Source: an uncultured Acidobacteriaceae bacterium (GTDB lineage Bacteria; Acidobacteriota; Terriglobia; Acidiferrales; UBA7541). From it: 64,000 bases of DNA. Each line of letters begins with the position of its first letter. Positions within the stretch are counted from its first letter, which is position 1. The stretch lies in assembly GCA_964524985.1 (NCBI GenBank), contig CAZGFL010000029.1:11283-75282 (forward strand), written 5' to 3'. The translations under genes and the position numbers were made by a program. Positions 29,725 through 38,140 of this stretch are shown here, one piece after another. The notes beneath the pieces were generated by a model. It was not told where the DNA came from. It saw only the letters and a list, made by a program, of their open reading frames with translations, and did no database searches.

Positions 29725-31059
29725 TTAGGAGTGGATCGGAAGCAGCCGCACGACGTCATTGTACATAACGTACGCGAACAGCACCAAGAGAAACACCAGC
29801 CCCACTTGGACGAAGCGCTCTTTAAAGCGCAGGCTGAAGTCGCGGCGGCGAATTCCCTCCATCGTGAGCAGCAGAATGTTCCCGCCATCCAGGATGGGAA
29901 TCGGAAGCAGGTTCAGAATCCCCAGGTTGATGCTCATGAAGGCCATCAACAAAATCACCGAGAGCGGTCCGCGGTGCACGGCATGTCCCGCAGCGCGCGA
30001 GATCCCCACAACGCTCTGCAGTTGCCGCACGGAGACGCGGCCGCTAAACAGTTTGACTACGACGCCCAGCGTTTTCTCGCCAAAATCCCATGTGTAAAGC
30101 CGCGCTTCGCTCACGCTTGTGGAGAAAGAAACTTTCCTGTAAGAGACGTCCTCCCGCTGCGAAACCCCGATCTGGTACACGCTTTCGCCGGTTTCCGTCA
30201 CGCCCAACTGCGGAGCCACCACAGTGTGCAGAGTCTGGCCTTTCCTTTGAATCTCCAGGTTCAGCGGCTTTCCATTCGAGCCGCGCACGCGCTCCACAAA
30301 CTGATCCCACACCTGAATCTTCTGTCCGTCCACCGCCAGAACCGTGTCATCCTCGCGGATTCCCGCGCGTTGCGCTGGTTTGCCGGGCTCCACGTCATCG
30401 ATAACCGGCGAGATGGGCAGGTATCCCAGCGGACGTTCCGCCTGCAGCGGCCCCTTGGGTGTCATCTCGATCTGCCGGCGATTCCCATCGCTCAGAACTT
30501 CCAGGCGAATCTGCTGTCCCGGCGTGAAGGTCTTTAGCGCTTTCTCTGCTTGCTCCCAATTGGAGACGGACTGGCCGTCTACGGAAGTTATGATGTCTCC
30601 GTTTTGCAGATCGCTGGGAGTGCCGTTCTTGGCTACCGCGGTCACTTCCACGGGCTTGCTCCAGTAAGCCGGGTAGGGCATGCCCACGACTGCAAAGAAC
30701 CCCGTCAAAAGAAGGATGGGGAAAACCAGATTGACCGCCGGTCCCGCAAACGAAATCAACGCCCGCTGCCACCGCGGCTTGCTCATCAACTCGTCGGGCG
30801 CGCCGGTCGGTGCCACGTCGTTCGAATCCACCTCCGACAAGTCCTGTCCTGCCATGCGCACATAACCGCCAAGCGGCAGCGCGCTCACGCGGTAGTCGGT
30901 TGCTCCGCGCTTCCAGCCAAAAATCCGCGGCCCGAAGCCAATGGAAAACACATCCACGCGGACCTTAAACATGCGCGCCACGATGAAGTGTCCCCATTCG
31001 TGAACCAGAATCATCACGCCCAGGACCAGTGCCATTCCGATGAGGACATCCAATGCCAT
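29725..31059 (-). CDS. rseP: RIP metalloprotease RseP with two PDZ domains
   Basis: HEWGH, PLGGYVRM, NLLPIPILDGG; downstream of dxr. Confidence 0.94.
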   Translation of the reverse strand: MALDVLIGMALVLGVMILVHEWGHFIVARMFKVRVDVFSIGFGPRIFGWKRGATDYRVSALPLGGYVRMAGQDLSEVDSNDVAPTGAPDELMSKPRWQRALISFAGPAVNLVFPILLLTGFFAVVGMPYPAYWSKPVEVTAVAKNGTPSDLQNGDIITSVDGQSVSNWEQAEKALKTFTPGQQIRLEVLSDGNRRQIEMTPKGPLQAERPLGYLPISPVIDDVEPGKPAQRAGIREDDTVLAVDGQKIQVWDQFVERVRGSNGKPLNLEIQRKGQTLHTVVAPQLGVTETGESVYQIGVSQREDVSYRKVSFSTSVSEARLYTWDFGEKTLGVVVKLFSGRVSVRQLQSVVGISRAAGHAVHRGPLSVILLMAFMSINLGILNLLPIPILDGGNILLLTMEGIRRRDFSLRFKERFVQVGLVFLLVLFAYVMYNDVVRLLPIHS

Positions 31060-31146
31060 AACTTGGTCGATCCCTTTCTCTCGTTTGTGTACGAAGCCGC
31101 CGCGACGCTCACCGCAAGTTTGGCCGCCTCTTCCTTACTTTTCTCT

Positions 31147-32337
31147 TTACGATGCAGCCGCCGCAGTTACCGCCAGCTTGGCCACTTCTTCCTTCGCCAT
31201 TCGACGCGCCTCCGCATCTGCCGTAAGCACGTTGTCCATCTTCTCGAGTTTCACGCGCGGCGTGCGCGCCAGCACCCGCTCGATCACTTCAGGAATTCCC
31301 AGAAACGGCAGCCGTTGTTCCAGAAACGCTGCCACCGCGACCTCATCCGCGGCGTTCAACGCGCACGGCAGCGCTCCACCCTTTTTCATCGCTTCGCGCG
31401 CCAGACGCAGGCACGGGAACCGCCGCGTCGACGCTTTCTCGAAATCCAGCCTCTTGAGCTTCTTCCAATCGAGCGCCACTTGGTTCGATGCCACCCGCTC
31501 AGGATAGGTTAACGCATATTGGATTGGCATGCGCATGTCGGTGGGGCCGAGTTGCGCCAAAACGGAACCGTCCACGAACTCCACCATGGAGTGAATCGTG
31601 GACTGCGGATGGACCACCACTTCAATTTGTTCCGGGCGCATCCCGAACAGCCAGCGCGCTTCAATCACCTCGAAACCCTTGTTCATCATCGTCGCGGAAT
31701 CAATGGTGATGCGGTTGCCCATGCGCCAATTGGGGTGGGCGAGCGCTTGCTCGCGGGTCACGCTCGCGAGTTTCGCGAGGGGAGTCTTGCGGAACGGCCC
31801 GCCCGAAGCGGTCAGCACTAGCCGCCGAACTTCTCCGTGAGTACCCCCGCGCAAGCACTGGTGCACGGCGTTGTGTTCGCTGTCCACGGGAAGAAGTTGG
31901 CGCCCGGACTTTTTCGCCGCGGCCATCACCAGTTCCCCAGCGGCGACCAGAACTTCTTTGTTCGAGAGCGCCACCGTCTTTCCAAGCTTCACCGCTTCGT
32001 AGGTCGCTTCCAGCCCGACCACGCCCACGGCTGCCGAGACGACAATGTCCGCTTTCGAATGCGTCCCGGCCGCGAGCATCCCTTCGCGGCCGTAGTGAAT
32101 TTCCGGTTTTCGTACGATGCCCTTCTCACTAAGTAATCGCGACAGTTCGTCCGCTTTCGTCGCGTCCGCCACAGACACCAGCTCCGGCTGGTGCCGTTGA
32201 ATCTGTCCCGCCAACTCTTCCAAATTTGTCCCCGCCGCCAGGGCGACGACACCAAACCGGCCCGGCAATGCCTCGACCACCGAAAGGCATTGTCTGCCAA
32301 TCGATCCGGTCGAACCTAAGATGGCTAGCTGTTTCAC
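31147..32337 (-). CDS. dxr: 1-deoxy-D-xylulose-5-phosphate reductoisomerase
   Basis: LGSTGSIG, PVDSEH, TASGGPF, MGNRITIDSATMMNKGFE. Confidence 0.97.
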   Translation of the reverse strand: MKQLAILGSTGSIGRQCLSVVEALPGRFGVVALAAGTNLEELAGQIQRHQPELVSVADATKADELSRLLSEKGIVRKPEIHYGREGMLAAGTHSKADIVVSAAVGVVGLEATYEAVKLGKTVALSNKEVLVAAGELVMAAAKKSGRQLLPVDSEHNAVHQCLRGGTHGEVRRLVLTASGGPFRKTPLAKLASVTREQALAHPNWRMGNRITIDSATMMNKGFEVIEARWLFGMRPEQIEVVVHPQSTIHSMVEFVDGSVLAQLGPTDMRMPIQYALTYPERVASNQVALDWKKLKRLDFEKASTRRFPCLRLAREAMKKGGALPCALNAADEVAVAAFLEQRLPFLGIPEVIERVLARTPRVKLEKMDNVLTADAEARRMAKEEVAKLAVTAAAAS

Positions 32338-32355
32338 GAATTCGTTCGATTCCCT

Positions 32356-32387
32356 TTTTGGAGTGCGGCAGATGTCCTGCCGCTTTT
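32356..32387 (+). repeat. GGAG-tagged REP-like palindrome
   Basis: ttttggagtgcggcagatgtcctgccgctttt; same head and stem as 54693 and 56965. Confidence 0.7.
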
Positions 32388-32424
32388 TGTCGGGCCTTAA
32401 TTGCCGCGGGCGGAGCCGTCTAGC

Positions 32425-33297
32425 CTACAGCCTGGGAGCGTAGACCAAAGCCCAATAGTACCAGACAACCGGAATCGCCAGAATGAGCGCATCAATCCGG
32501 TCCAGCACTCCGCCATGTCCCGGTAGCAAGCTGCCCGAGTCCTTCACCCCGGCGCTACGCTTGTACGCCGACTCCAGCAGATCACCCACTTGTCCCGCCA
32601 CGTTGCCCGCGGCTGCCATTCCCAGCAAATGGGGAAGCGGGACGTTCACCCACCGCGCAACCAACACGCCCACGGCTAGCGATCCGACAAATCCTGCGAC
32701 CGCTCCCTCCCAGGTCTTTTTGGGACTCAGGAGCGGCGCAAACGCATGCTTGCCAATCGCCCGGCCAACGAAATACGCCACTGTATCGCTCGCCCAGATG
32801 ATCACCAACGCAAACAGCAGCAAGGCGGGGCCGAATCGCCCCAATCCATGAAGCCGCACGGCATACGTCAACGGAAAAGCCACGAGGATCAAGCCGCTCG
32901 AGCTGATTCCGGCTGCCGGAAGCGACTCCACGAGTGGACGCCTTGTGGCCAGGGTCAGGACGGCAATGCCCACGACGAATACAAAAAACACGGCCTCAAC
33001 CGTCAAGGGTCCGGTCCCCCACTTGCCGCTTTCTTGGGCGGTCAGGCCCGCTCCAAGCGAGTATGAGACCGCGGACGCCGCGCGCCATTGCGCGTAAACG
33101 AACAGCAGTGCGCACGCCGCCGTCCAAAATCGGTATGCGCGGTGGCCGATGGCATCACCCAGGGCGAAATACTCAAACAGCGCCAGCAGCATTACCAGCG
33201 CCAGGGCCACTGAGATCACCGCCGTTGAGGCCCATAGCACCAGGCCCACAACGCACGGAATCAGCACGACGGCTGTCGCCACTCGCTTCCAGGTCAT
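32425..33297 (-). CDS. cdsA: Phosphatidate cytidylyltransferase
   Basis: SPKKTWEG, GDLLESAYKR, KDSG, PGHGGVLDRID. Confidence 0.95.
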   Translation of the reverse strand: MTWKRVATAVVLIPCVVGLVLWASTAVISVALALVMLLALFEYFALGDAIGHRAYRFWTAACALLFVYAQWRAASAVSYSLGAGLTAQESGKWGTGPLTVEAVFFVFVVGIAVLTLATRRPLVESLPAAGISSSGLILVAFPLTYAVRLHGLGRFGPALLLFALVIIWASDTVAYFVGRAIGKHAFAPLLSPKKTWEGAVAGFVGSLAVGVLVARWVNVPLPHLLGMAAAGNVAGQVGDLLESAYKRSAGVKDSGSLLPGHGGVLDRIDALILAIPVVWYYWALVYAPRL

Positions 33298-33398
33298 AAA
33301 CAGGGAATCCTCTGCGAAACCGCAGGCCTCATCTCATCACATTAAGCGGGGGAAATCACGAAAGGAAACTTTTGCTGAACATTGGTGAAATCAGCGCA

Positions 33399-34244
33399 TC
33401 ACTCCCCGGCGACGCGCGCCGGCTTTTCGGTCTCAGGCTCGCCTTCGCGGATTCCGCCGTAGCGCCGCTCGCGCTTCTGGAATTCCACGAGTGCCTCGAG
33501 CAGCCGCGCGCGGTTGAAATCCGGCCAGAGCGTCTCGGTCACAAAAATCTCCGCATAGGCTATCTGCCACAGGAGGAAATTGCTGACGCGCATTTCCCCA
33601 CTGGTGCGGATCAAGAGATCAGGGTCGGGCAATCCGTCCGTGTACAGGTGCCGCGAAAGCTGTTCCTCGCTAATGCGTTCTGTTGCCCCGTGACCGTTGC
33701 GTTCCGCCAGGATCGCGTTCATGGCATCCACAATCTCGGCGCGGCCCCCATAATTCAGCGCGATGCACAGCACCATGCCCTGGTTTCCGGCGGTCTTCTC
33801 CATGGCCTCGCGGACATCTTTTTGCACGCCGGCCGGCAGTTCCTCGATTCGTCCCAGGAAGCGCATGCGAATCGCATGCTTTTGGATGAGCGGCATCTCT
33901 TTGCGCAAGTATTCGCGGAGAAGCTGCATCAGGAAGTCGATTTCAGTCTTAGGCCGGCGCCAGTTCTCCACCGAAAACGCATAGAGAGTCAGCGCTTCGA
34001 TCTTCAGCCGGGCACAGGTTTCGATCGTGGTACGCGCCGATTGGGTTCCGGAGCGGTGTCCCGCAATTCGCGGCAGGTGGCGCTTCTGCGCCCAGCGGCC
34101 GTTGCCGTCCATGATCACGGCCACATGGCGCGGCAATCGGCTCAAATCCAGTTTGGCAAGGAGCTCGGCTTCTTCCGAAGCCACGGGACCCAGGGATTCC
34201 AGGGCGGGTGCTGGCAGCGTTTTATAGGTCGTGGTGTGCGGCAC
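33399..34244 (-). CDS. uppS: Undecaprenyl diphosphate synthase
   Basis: IMDGNGRWA, FSVENWRR, NYGGR, DLLIRTSGEMRVSNF. Confidence 0.96.
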   Translation of the reverse strand: MPHTTTYKTLPAPALESLGPVASEEAELLAKLDLSRLPRHVAVIMDGNGRWAQKRHLPRIAGHRSGTQSARTTIETCARLKIEALTLYAFSVENWRRPKTEIDFLMQLLREYLRKEMPLIQKHAIRMRFLGRIEELPAGVQKDVREAMEKTAGNQGMVLCIALNYGGRAEIVDAMNAILAERNGHGATERISEEQLSRHLYTDGLPDPDLLIRTSGEMRVSNFLLWQIAYAEIFVTETLWPDFNRARLLEALVEFQKRERRYGGIREGEPETEKPARVAGE

Positions 34245-34339
34245 GAACGTGATGGCTTCTTTTCCGGGAAATCCTCTTTACGCCGTAAAGTTAACACACC
34301 CTTGCAGAGCGGCGCAACGTGGGGTTGCCGTGACGGATA

Positions 34340-35659
34340 TCAGGGGGAAGGAGGTGCTTGCTGGAAAAGGGACGTGTAAGTCAGAACCAGCGTCAGGGCG
34401 ATCATCGCGATGGCCGTCACCCACGCCACGATGTTAAACGTCAGCGTGTTTACGTATTCCCCCATAAGGTCGCGGCGGTTCACCAGCAACAGGATGAAAA
34501 TGACTACCACCGGCAGCCAGATGCCGTTGCCTACTTGCGAAAAAATAAGGATTTTCCAGAGTGGCGCGTTGGGCAGGAGCACTACACCTGCGCCCACCAC
34601 GATGAGCACGGTATATAGCCAGTAGAAGATCGGCGCTTCCTTGAACTTGTGGTCCAGGCCGGCCTCAAATCCCAGGCCTTCGCAAATTACATGCGCGGTG
34701 GACAGCGGCAAAATCGACGCGGCGAAAAGTGAAGCGTTGAGGAGGCCGAACGCAAACAACACTCCGGCCCATTTTCCCGCCAAGGGAATCAATGCCTGCG
34801 CCGCTTGCCCGGCATCCGTAATGTCCCGGTGGCCAGAGACGTAGAGCGTCGCTCCACAGCAAACGATGATAAAGAACACGATCACCATACAGCTGATGCT
34901 GCCGATGAGCACATCCGCGCGCGCCTGCGGGTACTGTCGTGGACCGACCTTCTTCTCCACGAATCCGGCCTGAAGGTAAAAAAACTGCCAGGGGGCAATC
35001 GTCGTGCCAACGAGTCCAGTCAGCATAATGAGATAGCCGGAATCCAGGCGCAGATTCGGAAGCACTGTATGTTTTGCAGCAATCAGCCAATCAGGCTTTG
35101 CCAGGACAGCGGAAAACACGTAGGACAGATAGAGAATGCAGGCAAACAAGAATATGACCTCAACCTGCCGGTAGGTTCCTCGAATTACCAGCACCCAGAC
35201 CAGAATGGCAGCGATCGGTACCGCCACGTACTTGTTCACGTGAAAAATCTGCATCGCCGCGGCCACACCCGCGAACTCCGCCACCACGTTGGCCAGGTCC
35301 ACAAAAAAACCGGTGATCATTACGAAAAACGTCGAGCGAAACCCGAACTCCTCCCGGATCAAATCCGACAGCCCCTTGCCCGTCACCACGCCCATGCGCG
35401 CGCACATCTCTTCGGTCACATACAGCGCGATGGTCATGGGAATCAGTGACCATAACAACGCGTATCCATAGGACGCGCCCGCTTGCGTATAGACCGAGAT
35501 TCCGCCCGCATCGTTGTCCACGTTGGAGGTGATCAATCCTGGGCCAATCACCGCGAGCAAGAGCGTCAGCCGCCGCCGCAGCCCGCGGATCTTCTTTTGC
35601 AGATCCGTGCCGCGGCTCTGCATGCCCTCCCAGCTCGACTTGAGCATTCCCCAGTTCAT
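34340..35659 (-). CDS. NRAMP-related divalent cation (probably Mg2+) transporter
   Basis: GPGLITSNVDNDAGG (DAG variant instead of the DPGN of Mn2+ NRAMPs), VGTTIAPW, about 11 TMs. Confidence 0.88.
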   Translation of the reverse strand: MNWGMLKSSWEGMQSRGTDLQKKIRGLRRRLTLLLAVIGPGLITSNVDNDAGGISVYTQAGASYGYALLWSLIPMTIALYVTEEMCARMGVVTGKGLSDLIREEFGFRSTFFVMITGFFVDLANVVAEFAGVAAAMQIFHVNKYVAVPIAAILVWVLVIRGTYRQVEVIFLFACILYLSYVFSAVLAKPDWLIAAKHTVLPNLRLDSGYLIMLTGLVGTTIAPWQFFYLQAGFVEKKVGPRQYPQARADVLIGSISCMVIVFFIIVCCGATLYVSGHRDITDAGQAAQALIPLAGKWAGVLFAFGLLNASLFAASILPLSTAHVICEGLGFEAGLDHKFKEAPIFYWLYTVLIVVGAGVVLLPNAPLWKILIFSQVGNGIWLPVVVIFILLLVNRRDLMGEYVNTLTFNIVAWVTAIAMIALTLVLTYTSLFQQAPPSP

Positions 35660-35675
35660 TCCGCTGTACGCCCGC

Positions 35676-36917
35676 TTACGCCTTCACCAGCCGGGAAACC
35701 ACGTCATCCACGGTGATCGCGCCTATCGGCCGGTTCTCTTTGTCCACTACCGTCATCATCCGCAGGTTGTACTTGTCAAAAAGCTCGAAGACTTCCTTCT
35801 CCCCCGCTTCCGGAGGAAGACTCAACACTGGCTCCATCCTCAATGTTGCGAGTCGCTCGTCCGGCACCGCCAGCAGCAGTCGCGCCACCGGAACCGCGCC
35901 GCTAAACTGCGCTTTGCTATCAAGCAAAACGATGGTGTCCAGTTGGTCGACGTTCAGGTCCTGCTTACGGATCCAGTCCAGGACTTCTTCGCGGGTCGAA
36001 TTTTCCCCGACAAATATGAACTCCGGATTCATCATTCCCCCCGCCGTAGCCGAATCGAACTCGAGCAATTCCCGGACTTCTTCGGCCTCCTGCCCCGGCA
36101 TCTCGTGCAGCAACTCCTCGGACGTTTCCTTGGGTAAATCCGCCAGCAAGTCCGCCGCCGCGTCCGGCGCCATCTCTTCGATGATGTCGGCGGCTTTCTC
36201 AGGATCGAGATCCTCCACGATCTGCGTAGTAAGACGCGCATCGAGTTCTGCCAGGACAGCTGCCGCGGTCTCTTCATCCAGGGAGGCGATGATGCTTTGC
36301 CGCTCCGAAGCGGAGAGATCTTCGATGATTTCGGCCAGGTCCGCGGGATGCAAATCCTCCAGCTTCTCATGGGTGATGCGCAGCTTTACGCGGCGCAGCG
36401 GATCCGGCTCGATCAGGTTCACAAATTCCCAGCGAATGGCCCTTTGCGGGAGCTTGCTCTGGAGTTTGCGAACCACCTTGGAAGGGACAACGCCTTGCAA
36501 CAGCCGGCGCACCGCCCCGGGAATCCCCACGTCCACTTGCGTAAGCCGCAGTTCCACATTTCCATTGGTCCGCTGCTCGGCCAGGTCCAGGTCGTTCACC
36601 CGCACTACTTTTCGCCCGCGGGTATCGATGATCTGCTGGTCGAGCAGGTCTTTCTGCACCGCCAGGAGCGCCTCGTTGGGCTGGTAGAGTTCCAGCGCCC
36701 GTTCGCTGACGCTCAGGTCCACCCTTCCCGCGGTGACAGAAGCAACTTGGTTATGCTTGGCGACCAGTGGCTGAAAATTTCCGCGCGAAAGCAGGAAATG
36801 CGAGATGCGGTTTGGCGCTTCCGCCGGCTCGATGAAAAACTCGCGCACTTTGCCCACGTAGTTTCCTTGCGCGTCATAGGTCTTCGCGCCCATCAATTCC
36901 GTTGCGTGCCATTCCAC
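35676..36917 (-). CDS. MgtE intracellular N-domain plus CBS-pair protein with N-terminal PRC-like barrels (no TM domain)
   Basis: LHPADLAEII, MAPDAAADLL, TAGGMM, FDKYNL..VVD..IGAITVDDV. Confidence 0.88.
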   Translation of the reverse strand: MEWHATELMGAKTYDAQGNYVGKVREFFIEPAEAPNRISHFLLSRGNFQPLVAKHNQVASVTAGRVDLSVSERALELYQPNEALLAVQKDLLDQQIIDTRGRKVVRVNDLDLAEQRTNGNVELRLTQVDVGIPGAVRRLLQGVVPSKVVRKLQSKLPQRAIRWEFVNLIEPDPLRRVKLRITHEKLEDLHPADLAEIIEDLSASERQSIIASLDEETAAAVLAELDARLTTQIVEDLDPEKAADIIEEMAPDAAADLLADLPKETSEELLHEMPGQEAEEVRELLEFDSATAGGMMNPEFIFVGENSTREEVLDWIRKQDLNVDQLDTIVLLDSKAQFSGAVPVARLLLAVPDERLATLRMEPVLSLPPEAGEKEVFELFDKYNLRMMTVVDKENRPIGAITVDDVVSRLVKA

Positions 36918-36982
36918 GGCTCACCTCCCTGCCAGGCTCGCGATGCCCCCAAAAAGTGGCTCAACCGCGAACCGCATGACCA

Positions 36983-37019
36983 ATAAAAAACCCGCGTACC
37001 GAAGAACCGCGGCCGCGGG
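36983..37019 (-). terminator. Intrinsic terminator/attenuator in the leader of the MgtE-N/NRAMP operon
   Basis: Minus strand: cccgcg...cgcggg stem followed by tttttt, about 65 nt upstream of the GTG start. Confidence 0.7.
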
Positions 37020-37039
37020 CAAGTGCCTGACAGCAATGG

Positions 37040-37180
37040 ACTTACCTTTAGCCGCCGGTGAACCCTCCCCACCCGACCGCTCGCGCCATGGTCGTGGCCC
37101 CGGGCAACTCTTGCCGGTCACTCCGCCTGCCCTGCAACTTCCGGACTGGCCTCTTCCGGGAGCTTCTAGGGCCAGGTTCG
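37040..37180 (-). ncRNA. Candidate divergent M-box-like (Mg2+-sensing) riboswitch aptamer
   Basis: Minus strand UAGAAGCUCCCGG ... CCGGCGGCUAAAG parallels M-box UAGGUGAGGCUCCUG ... CAGUGCUAAAG; followed by a terminator and Mg2+ transport genes. Confidence 0.45.
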
Positions 37181-37336
37181 AGTTCGTTGCTCGCGCACAT
37201 CGAGAGAGAATCCACCCTGTTGATCCTGACCGTACTGCAAGTCAATACTGCATCAACAGTGCATAGATAAGCCGTGCCTGTGCGCCGTGTCAAGAAAAAA
37301 TGGCACTTCGTACAAATTTTTTGAAAGAAATTTCTA

Positions 37337-37999
37337 TCAGGCGGTCGATTCTCTGCCGGGAAACCGCATGTGACGTGGCTGTTGGCCTTTCCTGCGGCAT
37401 TCTTCCATGTAGAGGACTAGATAGTTCTTCAGCACGTAGTCCTGTCTTGAATATCCTAGCTCGGTTGCGGCGCGATCGATGGCCGCGGCAGGTCCTTCCA
37501 GCTCCACAAACGTCCCAATAGGCGTCTCGTCCAGTTCAATCAGGAGACCGCGCGCCCAGTTTTTGGCGGCGGGCAGCCGATACGTCGTGCGGTACTTTTC
37601 GTACTGAAACCAGCCGCTCATCCCCAAACCTTCGAAGATCTCCTTGAGTTTAGCGGCGTCCGCGACCTCCACTTCCAACTCTTCGCGAACTTTGTAGCTC
37701 CCCTGCGACGTTTCGCCATCTTCCGACGAGATAGGGCGTATTACCGGCTGCTTGAATGTCAAAACGACGCGCGGTTTCGCCCGGGCACTCCCCTTTCCTT
37801 TCGCTTGAAAGGTCTCCGTCCGAATGCGCAGAAGCTGGCCGTGTTTGGCCAATCCACCCTGCGGGGTATCGAAAATGACGTTCTCTTCATGCACTCGGCC
37901 CGTGCCGGTGCCCATCGCGCGCGCCCCAAGCTTCTTCAGCGTGCGGCGAAACGCGGCGAGGTTCGCAATTTTCAGTTTGATTTCGGTTTCGCGGGCCAT
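37337..37999 (-). CDS. CYTH domain protein (class IV adenylate cyclase-like)
   Basis: ETEIK, LLRIR, LTFK, REELE, YEKYR, LDETPIGTFVELEG. Confidence 0.9.
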   Translation of the reverse strand: MARETEIKLKIANLAAFRRTLKKLGARAMGTGTGRVHEENVIFDTPQGGLAKHGQLLRIRTETFQAKGKGSARAKPRVVLTFKQPVIRPISSEDGETSQGSYKVREELEVEVADAAKLKEIFEGLGMSGWFQYEKYRTTYRLPAAKNWARGLLIELDETPIGTFVELEGPAAAIDRAATELGYSRQDYVLKNYLVLYMEECRRKGQQPRHMRFPGRESTA

Positions 38000-38140
38000 G
38001 CGATTTCCTATCCAGCCAGCCGGCCAGCTTTCTCCCTTAAAGAACTTCCGTTAGTATAACTAACGCAGGCGAATCCCTCGCCTTCCTGCGCTTGCAGCGA
38101 CGGCCGGCCGCTGGCGGCTGCCAATACGACCAAGAGAACT

